Numbered from the stretch's first letter, positions 44,031 to 63,209 are shown. The stretch: 64,000 bases of DNA from the human T2T-CHM13v2.0 reference genome, Homo sapiens (GCF_009914755.1 NC_060934.1), one strand, 5' to 3'. Notes: generated by a model from the letters alone, not told the origin. Translations and numbers: made by a program.

Positions 44031-45198
44031 TGACAAAAGTCTAAGCTCGCTATGAAGTGACACTGCAAGACAATAGCACCCACGGCTGCCTGTGAGCTCG
44101 GGGGAATGCCCCTTTTAACATCTGAAGGAACACTCTGGCTTCTTGGATGTGGGGTTTTTTTGTTTGTTTTTTGTTTTTGTTTTTTTTTTTTTAAAACAGC
44201 ATTATCATGTTTTTCTTGAGCAGATTGTTGATCCTTTTCAACCACTCGATAGATCCTCTGCATGCAAACCTGGCCATGTAAAAACGATGTCCATCAAAAT
44301 ATTTTTTCGATTTGATCTCATGAAGGTACCTAGAGAAGCCAGTCATCCTGGAACAAAATTCATGACTCCTTTAGCTCCGAGATCTTTAATTCCTTGGGAA
44401 AAAAAATATAATTTCTTACTCACAGTAACTACGATGTGTGCAAAAAGTAAAATAAAATAATGAATTTAGCGGTTAAATGAAAACAATAGGCATATTCCCG
44501 CCCCCTCCCCCGCCCCCCTTAAAAACTGTTTCAAAAACCTTTACTGGCTGACAGAATTCTACCACTCTGCCTTACAAACAAAATGGCTGTGGTACTGAGT
44601 TTTTTAGGATCCTCCCACTGTGCCTCCTCCTGGCCTCCAGGAAGTGATAAAAATCCAAAATAAATACAGTACTGAAAGTACACCATTGAGTCTGAATTCG
44701 GGGGAAACCTTTGGTAAGAGGGTCTTAGAAATGTGCTGGTCATTATTAGTTTTTTAAAATTGTTTTGAAAAGAACATCAATCACTAGAGATTTACTTGAC
44801 TGTAATTCGAACTTCCTGCTTTACATATTTATAAGGTCTTTCACCTATCTTGGCAGGCTTTCAAATTAAGTGGGCTGGGAAATTTGATGCTCGGTCTCTA
44901 GTTGTGAGCTGAGTCAGGTATTTGGTGGTTGCAACTGGGCTTTTAAATAAAGACAAAATCTAAGACTTTAAAAAAATGAACGTTAAACAGACGCAAGACT
45001 ATGTTTGCTAATGTAAAGTCAGAAAAGTCGACAAAGATCGTAATGTGTCAAATACTGCATACATGTGTCAACATATTCAGTAAAAATTCTTTGCCCACTA
45101 AATTTTCTAACAAGCCAAGAAGAGAACAGGGTTTAAAGGAACTGGATTAAGAAAGGGGTGGGGAATTATCTACATTCTTCACAACCTCTTCCCCTCCC

Positions 45199-45294
45199 CA
45201 CACACACCACACACATACACACACATGCACATATACACACACATACACATACATATACACACACACACGCACACACGCACACACACACACACAC
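45199..45294. repeat. Imperfect (CA)n microsatellite
   Basis: Direct inspection. Confidence 0.95.
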
Positions 45295-46085
45295 GTTGGT
45301 CTGGTATCCCTGCCTGGCACTTAATAGGTAACATTCTTAGAAAGATATAGCTAGGGTGACTATGAATTTATCATCTAACACAGGATACTTTGAGAGTGAA
45401 AAGGGCTAATTACAGGACAGCTGGAATAAACAGAGCCTGTCCATGATAAGCCAGGAGGTAGAACTCACTGTGTTTTTAGTGAGACCTCCTTGAACTTTCA
45501 CTAGACAGGTTGCCTACCGCCATGGGGCCTGGGCCAATTTAGATAGCATTTGAGCTAGACCCCTCTCTGGGCCGCGTCTCCTGCGTTTGTTCTACTGCCA
45601 AGTGAAGTAGACAATCTGAGTGGACTTGGGGTCAGATATATTTAATGAACAGCCATGGTAAAGAAAATACCTAGATATGCACATCCATATGTGTATATAC
45701 CTTCATATACTTTATTATCTGTAGATTAGGATGTTCTGTGCACTTCGTAAGATACACATACTTCTGATTACATGCTTTCCTATGGGATAATTTTCTTTGG
45801 AGTTTTTGAGACCATATTCATGATATACACAATTTGAGGGATTTTTGGTTTTTGTTTTGGGAAAGATAATATGTAGAATGAAATGTTTTGGTGGAGATTA
45901 TCACAGAAATACATAAGATAAATAATTCTTTTGCTGTTTATTCAAACAGTTCTTAAGAACTTAGAATGTGCCAGGTATGATGCTTGGTGCTATATATATA
46001 TTAGTGAACAAGTAGATAGTTTATTTCCTCCTTCATGGAGTTCATAATCTAGTGGAGAGACAGATAAATAGCAGGTGAACAAATA

Positions 46086-46584
46086 CAGTTGATCCTTGAA
46101 GTATGTGGGGGTTAGGGGTGCCAATCCCCCATGCTGTCAAATATTCTGTGTAACTTTTAACTCTCCCAAAACTGAACTACTAATAACCTACTATTGACCT
46201 TACCAATAACATAAACAGTCAATTAACACACATTTTGTGTGTTGTATGTACTCTATATTGAATTTGTACAATAAAGTAAACTAGAGAAAAGAAAATGTTA
46301 TTAAGAAAGTATAAGGAAGAGAAAATATACTTACTATTCATTAAGCAGAAGTGGATCATCATAAAGGTCTTTATTCCTCATTGTCCTCACATTGAGTATC
46401 TGAGGAGGAGAAAGAAGAGGAGGGTTTGGTCTTCCTGTCTCAGGAGTGGCAGGGGCGGCAGAGGTGGAGGAGGTGGAAGGGGAAGCAGGAGAGGCAGGAA
46501 TACTCTGTGTAACTTTTACTGAAACAAAATCTGTGTATAAGTGGACCTGTACAGCTCAAACCTGTGTTGTTCAAGGGTCAAGTG
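46086..46584. mobile_element. Tigger2a-like DNA transposon
   Basis: TIRs CAGTTGATCCTTGAA / TTCAAGGGTCAAGTG, TA target duplication. Confidence 0.85.
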
Positions 46585-46616
46585 TATATTATTGCACATT
46601 ATTCTAAGTGCTATTA

Positions 46617-46917
<301 letters not shown>

Positions 46918-47626
46918 AAACAGTACAGTGTTAGAGAATAACAGGGAGGGAAATAAATAAACAAGGTGGTAAGGAAGTTGTCTCTAGAGGAGTGGGGCTT
47001 AACCTAGGCTTGAAGGATGACAAGGAGACACATTTGAAAAATATCGGAGAAGTCACAGTCTAGGAGAGGCTACAGCATGTGCGAAGGCCCTGAGGCAGAA
47101 TGAAGCTTGGCACATTCTAGGAAGGGAAATGAGGCCAGTGTGGTTTCAGCACATCAAGAAATGCATCAGATGAAATCAGAAATGTAGACTGGAGAGAGAT
47201 CCTGCAGAGGTTTGTAGGCCACAGAAAGGAATTCCGTGTTTAAGACAGAGAACGTTGAACTTCCAGATTTTAGAGGTTTTGATAATGATAAAGTCCAGAG
47301 AAGGTAGAGGGGAAAAAAACCCCTCAATGCTAATTTTGAATTTACATAGCTACATTACAGGGTTTTGGTATTATATTTTTAAAAATCCATATTTCACTCA
47401 CATAGTTACAGCCATTGATTATGACTCAGTTCATAAATAAATATGAATAAGACACAAATATCTGAGATCATTCATAGTACAAACAAAATGAAAAGGAGGA
47501 ATTCAGGCAACAATTTGCCTCAGTTTTCTCTAATGGTGCTGATTTTGATATTTTTGATTAAAAAAATACTACATTTTATATCAGTTGAACAGTGCTCACC
47601 TTTTTTTTTTTTTTTTTTTTTTTTTA

Positions 47627-48005
<379 letters not shown>

Positions 48006-48436
48006 TTAACATGATTGGAATTAAAAAGTTATCCTTTTTCAATTTAGTAACTGGTTGTTAGCAAACCAAAATCCTACAGGCACATGGGCAGAAATAACAT
48101 GTTCAGTTTCTTAGATCTAAAACTTAAAAAAATTACAAAAGCAGTTAGGTCAAATCAATGATGTATAATCCCTTGAATGAGCTTTGATATTAATAGGAAT
48201 CTCCAAACAAATCAAATCGTGAACTAATTAGGTAGTGTAGTTTGTAAAATCTTTACCTCACAGAACTGGAGGTGGAGATAGATCTGTTTTGGAATTCAGA
48301 TTAATTTTCTGAGTTAAAAAAAATAACATCATGCAGCACGCTATAATCAAAGGCCGTAATATTTTTGTGCTAAATATTACAATCACATTAAATGGAGTAA
48401 AGACTATAAGAATCCCCACATCAGTTTGGGTCAGCT

Positions 48437-48736
48437 TTTTTTATTATTATTTTTTAAGACAGAGTCTCACTCTGTCACCCAAGCTGGAGTACAGTGGCAC
48501 GATCACCACTCACAGTAGGCTCGACCTCCCAGGCTCAGGTGATCCTCTCACCTCAGCCTCCCGAGTAGCTTGGACTACAGGTGTGCCAGCACGCCTTGTT
48601 AATTTTTGTATTTTTTGTAAAGATGAGGTTTCCGCATGTTGCCTGGGCTGGTCTTGAACTCTTGGGCTTAAGCGATCTGCCCACCTTGGCCTCAGAAAGT
48701 GCTAGGATTACAGGCGTGAGTCACCGCACCTGGCGT
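48437..48736 (-). mobile_element. AluJ-like
   Basis: TSD GTCAGCTTTT. Confidence 0.92.
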
Positions 48737-49289
48737 CAGGTCAGCTTTTGCCACCTAAGAGGATGCTGCAATTCGCAAAAAAAGCTTTCAGTTTTCAAAA
48801 GTTTTGGGAATTCATAACTGTGGATATGAAATTGTGGAGCTATAGATTTTGTGTCATTCAGATAGTTAAAATTTTATTCTTTGTTTAAATCAGAACTCAC
48901 AATCCTAATGATTAGAAACAGTTACCATTTGGAAATAGTCAGATTTCCATTTGTGGGCCCTAATAAATGAACGCATACAATATTATTAAATTTTGTGCAG
49001 CCTTGTGCAAATGCTATAAATTTTACTCTTTATGATTTCCCTATATTTTTCCTCTTAAGAATAGTGAAAAGTTTTACATTTTTTTGCAATCAAATTTTAA
49101 AGCAGTACTTCATCAGACTTTTTATTTCCAAATGTTTGAATGTCTTTAGCCAAGATCTTAAGAGTCTTTATTTCAGAACTCATTACCTGTTGTGGCACGA
49201 TTTTAGATTGCTTTGATCCATTGCAATCTAAAATCATGCAACATGGCATTTTCAAGAAAGGTCATTCACGTGAGTAGTTTGTGGCCGCT

Positions 49290-50395
<1,106 letters not shown>

Positions 50396-50709
50396 AAATC
50401 TTTCTTTTACGGGCCTATTCACAACTAAATGCAATTTCTAATAAAATTAGTGTGAGTAATCTTCAAAGTATTTTATTTGTAAAAATCAGCTACTTTTAAG
50501 CTGCTGTGTAGTATCAGACTGAAAGCAAGGACAAGGGGCCTTTTTGGGTTGCAAGAAATCTTCTGTCTTTATCTGGGTTGCAGTTACATATACATGAAAT
50601 ATGTATGTATGTATCACATATGTACACATATCACATATATAAAAAGATTGAACTGTACATCAAGATTAGTACACCAAATATATTTTATTATATGTATGTT
50701 ATCCCTTAA

Positions 50710-51750
<1,041 letters not shown>

Positions 51751-52864
51751 CACGTTCTTATTTTACGGCGATATCTATGCCTTCACCAGCAGCAGCCATC
51801 TGACTGCATTTATGAGCCCTACATGTTGAGTGACCTCAGCCATTACTCAAGTTTCTCATTTGTACATGGCTTATCAGAATTCTAGGCTCTGTGGTAACTG
51901 AACTATAGTAGACCTAGTGGACATGAAGTGGTTAAACGGCAAAACTCTAGGTTGAGGTTTTCTTGTAATATGATACAGGAAGTATTAAGGAAGTATTAAG
52001 TAAAAGCACCAGGGAGAATTTTTCGTCTAGTATTCAATGAAAGTTATGCATTTTGCTCTTTAAAAAAAAAAAAACACCATATTGAACTCCTTCTCCTGGC
52101 TGTTCCTACCCCATTCCTATGTCCCAATGCAGGGTAGAGATGAGAAAACTCATACATTGACAGAAACCATACTGTTTAAAATTTCAGCATTGCACGGAGT
52201 TATGAGGTGAAAGAAAAACTGGAATAGCTGTAGCAATAGAAACACAGTTGGTAAAGCCTTTCACTTAAAGTATAAACCTTGAGCAATTACAGAAAGGGAG
52301 ACAGAATTTTCTGTAAGAGATCATTAAAGCTGTGATACAAGAAAGGCCATTTACTCTTACGGAATATGAATCATTATTGGAGCAAAAAGAGAGTCAGCAA
52401 ATAATTCAGGCCCAGGATGACAAAGGAAGAGGAGTTTAATCGAATCAAATCATAAATAACTTTCCTAGCTATGTCTAGCTAAAGGTTCTTATAATTCCTT
52501 ACTAGAGGGAGTGGGGAGAGGGGGTTGACATTAATAACAGAATCCATGCAGGTGGTTTATTGTATTCTTAATATTTAGCCAGTTATTATTAACGAATCCT
52601 ATTGTCTTTGTACAGTAGTGCATTAAAATAACACTTTGGGCATTGTTTTCAGCTATATTTTGAGACTGAATAGCCCTAAACTGACAATTGCAATAGAAAT
52701 TCAGGTGCTTAGAGTAGCTGGTGCAGAGAAGCAGCACCTGTTTTCTGACTGGCTGGGTTAACACCATACGGGACCTCACACTAGGAGCATGGGGCCTTTA
52801 CGTTGTCAGTAAGGCTAACTAGTAAAAGAGAGGCAGTTCTTGCAAAGCTGGATTGCCAGTGTGA

Positions 52865-53165
<301 letters not shown>

Positions 53166-53180
53166 ACTTCAACTCTTTAA

Positions 53181-53248
53181 CCATTGAAAAAAGCAGTATT
53201 TAATGTATCTGTGACCATTGAAAAAAGCAGTATTTAACGTATCTGTGA
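53181..53248. repeat. 34-bp tandem duplication
   Basis: CCATTGAAAAAAGCAGTATTTAAYGTATCTGTGA x2, one mismatch. Confidence 0.9.
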
Positions 53249-53815
53249 TATAAATACATAGATTTATAACTAGTCAACCGTTATCTAACATCAAATCAAG
53301 CTTTCAGCTTTTCATATGGATAAAAATAACTACAGTCCAAATGACCTTTATTAATTTCTTGTGTATGATTCTCTTCTATTGTATTCATTTTTTTAACCAG
53401 ATGGTAAAAGTAATATAAAAGTAATATACACTCATTACTGGCCATTCGGAAAATGTGTAGCAAAGAGTATCCCAACCACTTGTAGTCCTGTTTCTCTGGA
53501 TCTCTTTACAGTGCCTTTTCCTGTACTTCTTTTTGTGTTGGCAAACTTTCAGAATAAAGGGTGCCAAGTCAGCAATCCCTATTATATAACTGAACAAGTA
53601 TATATAATAGCACTCACAAAAATAACTCAGACAGGAGTGATTACATAATTAACATGATTGCACCTTACTTTGATAAAGGGCAGAGATTTTGCAAGAAGCA
53701 TTAGAAAACTGTCTCCCCTCTATAATTCTAAATGTTTTATAAAATCATAGCACAAGTATAGGCTACTTAAAATGAGATGGTAAGATTGCTTTTTTGCTTT
53801 GGATCATTTACCAAG

Positions 53816-54169
53816 TGATATGGTTTGTCTGTGTCTCCACCCAAATCTCATCTTGAATTGTAGCTCCCACAATTTCCACGTGTTGTGGGAGGGACCTGGT
53901 GGGAGGTAATTGAATTGTGGGGGCGGGTCTTTCCTGTGCTGTTCTGTGATAGTGAATAAGTCTCATGAGATCTGATGGTTTTATAACGGGGAGTTTCCCC
54001 ACAAAAGCTTTCTCTTGTCTGCTGCCATGTAAGACGTGCCTTTCGCCTTCAGCCATGATTGTGAGACCTCCCCAGCCACGTGGAATTGTGAATCCATTAA
54101 ACCTCTTTTTCTTTATAAATTACCCAGTTGTGGGTATGTCTATCAGCAGTGTGAAAGTGAACGAATACA
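53816..54169 (+). mobile_element. THE1 MaLR solo LTR
   Basis: TGATATGGTTTG ... AATACA with perfect TSD CCAAG. Confidence 0.92.
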
Positions 54170-54439
54170 CCAAGATAATCTGAGTTGAATGAATAGTGTT
54201 ATGGGGGGTGAATATTGAATTGGGGGTAATGCTGGAGCATGAAACACTTGGAAAACAGAGAAAGATAGCCAATGGGCAAAAACAAAGATGTGGGAATCCC
54301 AGGGAATGAGGGAGAAGAGGTATTGAAAGAGGAGAGGTGGAGCATAAAATAATATGGGATTGTGCTATAGATAGTGTGATCATACAACTTATAGTAAAAT
54401 CTATGACATTTTCAAGAGTGAAAATGGCACGATTAATCA

Positions 54440-54745
<306 letters not shown>

Positions 54746-56012
54746 AATAATTGTACTGAGATAACAGGTTAGAAAATCCGGAAAACACGCTCACTTGACA
54801 TACATATGATTGCTTTAAATACAGGGAAAATCAGGAAATGTGGTCACTTTAGATACACTTAAAAAAAAAATAACAAAAAACAAACCTATTGCCCCAGTGG
54901 CAGCCATCCGTTTGCTACCTTTACCATGTACACGATCACCTCTTGACGTGACCACCCTTGATTTTTGACTTGCCATCATTGGCCTCATTGTTTCTCACTA
55001 GCAAAAGGAAATTCTAGTTGAACACTATTTATCTTCACTGGGAGTTTCTTAAAGAGATTACTTATCCAGGAGTTGGTATAAAATGTCCATGAGACCATGA
55101 TCAGTTTCCAACATCCTGAGAGTGAGTTAGCCTCACTCTATTTTAGGGTCTAGGCTTCACTCTCAGCACTGCTTGTAAAGATCTATGTTAAGGGTGCTTT
55201 ATTTTGAGGGAATTTTAAGCTAGAAGTTGACACACTGGACTCTGTCTTGGCCTCTCTGTTGCAATATATTCGGTGTCATCACAGAAGTCTTAAAATGTAA
55301 CTTTCACTAACAGATGTCTTAAACTGTGTGCACTGTCAACTCAATTTTGCTGTGTCTGTTGTACATATTTGGAAAACCAATGCATCAAACCTCAATTTGC
55401 AAACCATAATTTGAGGGGGTATTTACAAGGAGACAGGCAGAATTATTTTCTTGTTTGAACCAATCCTGAAGCAGTGCTTCTGGGCCAGCTTTCACGCTGG
55501 GAAGTCCATGTAGGAGCTGAGCTGTTTGGTCAGAGCTGCAACTCTTTACGGTTTGGGACTCTGAGCTGAACATGATGCTGGGAATTTGCTGTTGGCAAAA
55601 GAACCCTTACAAAAAAGGCTTCTACCCTTCTGAGGCTTCCCAAGCCAGCATGTGGCACCCGGTATCATCAGAACAGATTTATTGTAGCCAAATCTCTCCT
55701 TACCATTCCTCTCCCCAGTAGTCAGTATCAAAATAGGACACAGACCAGCTGAGCTCCCTACTTCAGGATGCCTGGAAGAGCCCTAGGTACATGGTAGGAA
55801 GGGATGGAATCTCAGGAGAATACAGATGGTGCCTACAGACTTTTTGCTCTTACTGGAAAGAGGGGATGCTCCAGTGGTTCCTCTTTGGTAGAGTCTGGAA
55901 TAGGGTTGCCCATCAAATTACAGAGATGCAGTTGGGTTGTCTGCCTTCTTGAGAGTACTCTGTGATGGGAGTTCTCAAACTAGAGACAGTGATGTTTATG
56001 AACTCTCTGTGA

Positions 56013-56310
<298 letters not shown>

Positions 56311-57066
56311 TTCTCTGTGAGAATTTTACATTTTCATTTCAACGTAACTTAAAAAACAATATGAGCAGACCCTGGATCATCTAGATAGCCTCTCTGTAGC
56401 CAAGTGTTATCCTGCAATTTTACTCTTGTGTTTGTGTTTGTAATTGAGTTAGAAGTGAGCCATTCTATTTTAATCAGAGAGCTACTGAGAAAAGAACGAA
56501 AGCTGACTTAATATGTAAATGATACATTTATACCAAGGGAAGGCTGCATATCACAACAAGCTGTATAAACAAATGGTTTCCAGTAATTTGAATGAAAAAA
56601 AGTGATGGGAAATTGTCATCTCACAGGACCTGTTAATAACCTGACCATAATGCTATCAAATTCATGCTACAACTGGTGATGAGAAAACAATATGGCATGT
56701 CACATAAAATTAATACCTTTCACTTATTAGTTTTCTTGCTAGGCTTATATTTAATTTATAGGTTGGCAGCTTTTATAGTTACAGAGGGCTATAAGCATAT
56801 GTCATTTATACCTCATTGTATTTGTACACCAGGATGGTCTCAGGGGCCAGATTTCCTGGATATCAATCTTAGCACCACCACCTACTAGCTGAGTAAACTT
56901 GGGAATGTTACTTAACCTCCTTGTACCCAGATTTCTTCATTGCAATGAAAATATTTATAGTACCTACTATTATTGAGGGTAGTAATTGAATATATGTAAA
57001 TTATTAGAACAGTGCCTGGGAATGCTGAGTATTCCTATAGTAAAAACGATTTAGCTCAGTAATTTA

Positions 57067-57875
57067 TTTTATTTACTTATCTGGTTTTTTACTTTTTAAT
57101 ATTTGTGGATACACAGTAGGTGTGTATATTTATGGGGTACATGAGCTATTTTGATACAGGCATGCAATGCATAATTATCACATCATGGAAAATGAGATAT
57201 CCATCCCCTCAAGCATTTATCCTTTGTACTACAACAATCCAATTATACTATTCTAGTTATTTTAAAATGTATAATTAAATTATTATTGATTATAGTCACC
57301 CTATTGTGCTATCAAATACTAGGTCTTATCCATTTATATATATATTTTTTGTACCCATTAACCATCCCCATCTGTCCCCAACCTCCACTATCCTTCCCAG
57401 CCTCTGGTAACTATCCTTGTATTCTCCATCTCCATGAGTTCCATTGTTTTGATTTTTAGATGCCACAAATAAATGAAAATATACAATGTTTGTATTTCTG
57501 TTCCTGGCTTATTTCACTTAACATAATGACCTCAAATTCCATCCATGTTATTGTAAATGACAGGATCTCATGCTTTTTTATGGCTGAATAGTACTCCATT
57601 GTGTATATGTACCACATTTTCTTTATCCATTCATCTGTTGCTGGACACTTAGGTTGCTTCCAAATCTTGGCTATTGTGAACAGTGCTGCAACAAACATAG
57701 GAGTGCAGGTATCTCTTTGATAGATTGATTTCCTTTCTTTTGGGTATATACCCAGCAATGGGATTGCTGGATTGTATGGTACCTCTATTTTTAGTTTTTT
57801 GAGAAACCTCCAAACTGTTCTCCATAATGGCTGTACTAGTTTACATTCCCTTCAACAGTGTATAAACGTTCTTTT
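57067..57875 (-). mobile_element. 5'-truncated L1 (L1MA/L1PB age), ORF2 C-terminus plus 3'UTR
   Basis: ORF 57456-57758 LGIYPKE...CTPMFVAALFTIAKIWKQPKCP; 17-bp TSD TTTAGCTCAGTAATTTA/TTTAGCCCAGTAATTTA. Confidence 0.92.
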
Positions 57876-58699
57876 TTTAGCCCAGTAATTTAAATGAAGG
57901 TCCACACATATGGTAAGCCTGCTCTATTGGGTAAATTAAGGTATATGAAATAATCAGTAACACTTACATAGTACATCAATTTTATGAAATACTTTTTCAT
58001 ATATGTCATTCATGTAATTCTCTACATCTACCCTGAAAGGTAGATAATACTTTTCTTGTTTAAAAGCTTGGATAATTGAAGTGACATGCCCTGAAACAAC
58101 ACAGGTTTACCACCAGCATTTGGTGTTTTTTTTTTCTCCTCATGGAGAATGAATGAATATTTTGTAACTGAACATTTTCAAATTTCTTTTGGGTTGACAG
58201 GAACCCCACAACTAATTTTGTACTATAACACACATTAGTACTGTTGTAGGACTTATTGGTCTGAATATCTACATTATATTTTCTCTCCTGGTCTTAATTT
58301 TCTATTCTAATTTATATTTTCCCTGATTCTGAAATTTTCTGCATACTATTTTATTGTTTGGAATTTTAATAATCTGCTTCATGTACATTTTGGAAAATTG
58401 TGAGCCATAAATAAGTAGACTGACCCATAGTTACTTAACTAGTAAGGTCCAGATATTGACCTGAAGTCTTTTGGCTTTATAGGGAAGTCACATTTACCGA
58501 GCATTTAGCATGACTTGGTATTTTATATGCATTGTATCATGCAATACACACATTAGCTGGACTGAGGTAGGTTGGTTATTACTATCTTCCTCATATTCAG
58601 ATGAAGAAATTAAAGCTTATAAAAGTTATAAGATTTTTTCCTAGGGTTAATAAATGTTATCTTAATTTTTGGCCCTCTAATTTATTCTTAAAAGTATCT

Positions 58700-58992
58700 G
58701 TCGGGCATGGTAGCTTACATCTGTTATCCCAGTACTTTGGGAGGCTGAGGCCGTTGAGCTTAGGAGTTCAAGACCAGCCTTGACAGCATAGGGATACCCC
58801 ATCTCTATTAAAATTACAAAAGTTAGCCAGGTGTGGTCATGCGCCTATAGTACCAGCTACTTGGGAGGCTGAGGCAGGAGGATTGCTTCAACTTGGGAAG
58901 TCGAGGTTGGAGTAAGCCAAGATGGAGTAATCTCAACTGCCCAGCACTTGAGCCTGGGCAACAGAGCGAGACCCTGTTTCAAAAAAAAAAAA
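58700..58992 (+). mobile_element. AluJ-like
   Basis: Diverged dimer. Confidence 0.88.
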
Positions 58993-59666
58993 ATTCTTAA
59001 AAGCATGAGCTTTATTCTCTAAATTCAGCCCTGTTGTTAAGGCTTTAAGGCCAGATCTTTGTAAAAGACTCCATCCCTCGTTCCCAGCCCATCAAGTGGG
59101 CCTTTCCTCTTACGGCTTTGCCAAGAGCAAAAATTACTATTCTCCTCGATCCTGGCAAGCTTGTCTGTTTCTTTTTTTGAGCCAGTGTTATGGTTTTTAC
59201 AGGATGTGAACACTGTTACTCAGATTTGCTTCTGTCCACACATTCCCTGGCCGTTCCAGGCCTGTGAAAGGAGTCCTTCTCCAATTGCTAGCCAGCAGAG
59301 AAGGCAGTGACCCCAGTTATAGGCTGGATTAAAGCAGAGCAGGAAATCAGGCTTTGGCTCTTGCCCTTATGATCTCCTATGTCATAAGGTGGCAAAGGAT
59401 GTACCATTAAGTACCACCCAGCGACTAGAATAATGGATTCTTGAGTCTCCATTCCTCTGCCATCATTTTACACCAGACTTTACAGTGTTTCCCAATTAGT
59501 GATGCTTCCCAGACTTAATCATTTGATCATCGCAATTTTTGCCATATCCTATCACTCTTACTTGTATTTACTTAAATCTTCTTTAAATTAGTGACATCCT
59601 AGCTTAAATATATTACTTTCAAGGGTTACTTTATATTACTACCATTAATGGGAGGACAATATCACT

Positions 59667-59751
59667 ATTTGTGTGTCATCCTTGTGCAGGGGCCATGCTA
59701 ATCTTCTCTGTAGCATTCCAATTTTAGTATTTCTGTTGCCAAAGTGAGCAC
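59667..59751 (-). pseudogene. U6 snRNA retropseudogene, nt 1-85, 3'-truncated and tailless
   Basis: Reverse complement GTGCTCACTTTGGCAACAGAAATACTAAAATTGGAATGCTACAGAGAAGATTAGCATGGCCCCTGCACAAGGATGACACACAAAT matches U6; flanking 15-bp TSD. Confidence 0.95.
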
Positions 59752-59959
59752 GACAGTATCACTATTAATGGAAGATAATCTTAAAATGAAATATAGTGGC
59801 AAAACAATAACTATTAAATTATTTTCCAAAAACAGGTATTGGAAATTAGGAAGCCTGTAGTTTACTTCTAACAATTACATAAACTATTGCATAAACTGTA
59901 GAATAGTATGAAAGCAATATAATTTTCTGTGCCATAATTTCCCCCATTTTAAAATGGTT

Positions 59960-60258
<299 letters not shown>

Positions 60259-60792
60259 TAAACTGTTTACTATGTTCATTACGGTCCATTATCTGCGAGG
60301 AAAAGAGAGATTTCCATGCCAATTGCAGGAAGTAACTGGAAAGTATAGGGCATTAGATTGTGGCATGAAGGAGGTAATAGAGGTTAGAAACTACCAATAA
60401 AGAAAATGAGTGGTATGATACAGAGCTGAGAGCAGAATGTATCAAGTTTGACAAAATTTCTCCTCTTGGATATGACTAGAAAGTTTGGTGAGCCCTACTT
60501 GCAGATTTTGAGTCTTAAGATGGGTGAAGAAAAACAAAAAACATGGTAAGATCTTAAAATAAGGGGCTTAGAAACTTATAAGCGAGGGGGAAAAATGATC
60601 ACAATAGTAGGGAGATTAAGAATGGAAGAAAAAAGAATGATAAATGTTCCTAGTGGTAAGAATTTTAAGACCCGATTCCTAAGCTAGACGCGATTCCTAA
60701 GCTAAATTCTACTTCTGATGGTCATTCCAGATTAACTCATTGACTTTGGAAACATACGTGCCATCCTGAAAGATTCCTTTACTTTTTTATAG

Positions 60793-61122
<330 letters not shown>

Positions 61123-61902
61123 TACTGCATGGGTTACTTAGGTGGTAGCAATACTTATGGGTATTATTGGTTACTGGATGAGGAAAGAAGGGCACAGCAG
61201 TCTCTTAGGAAAAGTATACAAATGATGGAACCATTGTAACAATAATTTTATTATTCAAGAAAATTCAGATAAATCATCTATTGCCCAAATATAGGGATTA
61301 TGTGATGAGAGCCCTGATCCACTGAGAATGATGATCAGAGACATTCTTTCAGTTTTTCAGCTGCCAAGAGTGAAGAGTATAGCTTGACTTAGGGATGAGG
61401 CAAGTTGCAATTTATTTTGGAAGAAATATATGGAGCAAAAATAAAAATTTATGGTTAGATATTATAGTAATTCTATTAACTGGGCTGAGAATAAGGAATG
61501 TTTACAAATAATGAGAAAAAAAGCCTGTAAAGATGACCGAGTAGTAACAGAAAAAAGATAGAAAGGGTCTTTAAATAAGTTGAGCAAGATTTGGGGTGTG
61601 AATAGTTGTGACAATAATAATGTGGCAAGAATAGTCTGTTATGCCTATTCTTGAACTCTTTATCACAGAAAAATGAACTCTTCATCAACCTTGAACTCTT
61701 TATTACAGAAAAATGCTGCTGTAAATATATTCAGTAGTTGCATACATCCATTAAGTGTGGATCTAGGGAACAGTTAAATATTTTTTACCTTAGGATTAAA
61801 TAACTTCCTAAAGTGCCAAATGGGAGTTCAAAAACTTTTGTGAGGTTAACATTTAAAAAAAAAATTCTATAGAAAAGGAAGAGTAAAAAACAAAATAAAT
61901 TT

Positions 61903-62528
<626 letters not shown>

Positions 62529-62817
62529 TTCATTTCATTTCTTTTCTTTTCTTTTTCTTCTCCAAAGCAACAGAAAGCAGATTTCCCCCCACCAATTTAG
62601 TTCTCATAGCTTTAAATGTACTTGTAGGCTCACCTTATTTTGAAGGGGCAAAGAATCTCTGGGGCATGGGACTTTCAAAAATATCTGCTTCTTAAGACTA
62701 AAAGATGGGATAAGGGTTTAGCAATTCTGGCTGATTGAGTTTAATCTTAAATTTAAAAATGTAAAAGATGGTTGCATCTTCCTGGCAGTATTCATTTGTC
62801 ATGATTGGACTTTACCA

Positions 62818-62836
62818 CTTCCACCTGGAGGCGCAG
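62818..62836 (+). promoter_or_regulatory. CTCF motif
   Basis: CTTCCACCTGGAGGCGCAG. Confidence 0.5.
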
Positions 62837-63209
62837 TCTCAGACCTTGAAAGTGCATTGATGTTGAGTAGGCTCCCAGTCACATGTTATTACAGTAAATT
62901 TGACTTGGTGAGAGTCAGCTTTCTCAAAAATATTGGGGTAAACAGGGAGGCTCCTCATCTCCGAAAGTTCTCCAGCCATTCAACGGTACCCACATGGTCT
63001 TAGAGGTATCTGATTCAAAGATAGTTAAACTAGTCAGAAAAAACTGGGATTAGGAGAGAGAAGATCATTGCCATCTTGCTAGGGACATACACAATTCTGC
63101 TCTTTCCTGAGTATGTTAGAAAGTGAGCTATGAATGTTTTTTTTGTCCCTGAAAATTTCTGGATATTCTTAAGGATCAACCATACTTTTGTTTAAGGAGT
63201 CTTTTGAGA

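Noticed and set aside
57456-57758. 100-aa ORF as a host gene
   Set aside because: C-terminal fragment of L1 ORF2 in a truncated element
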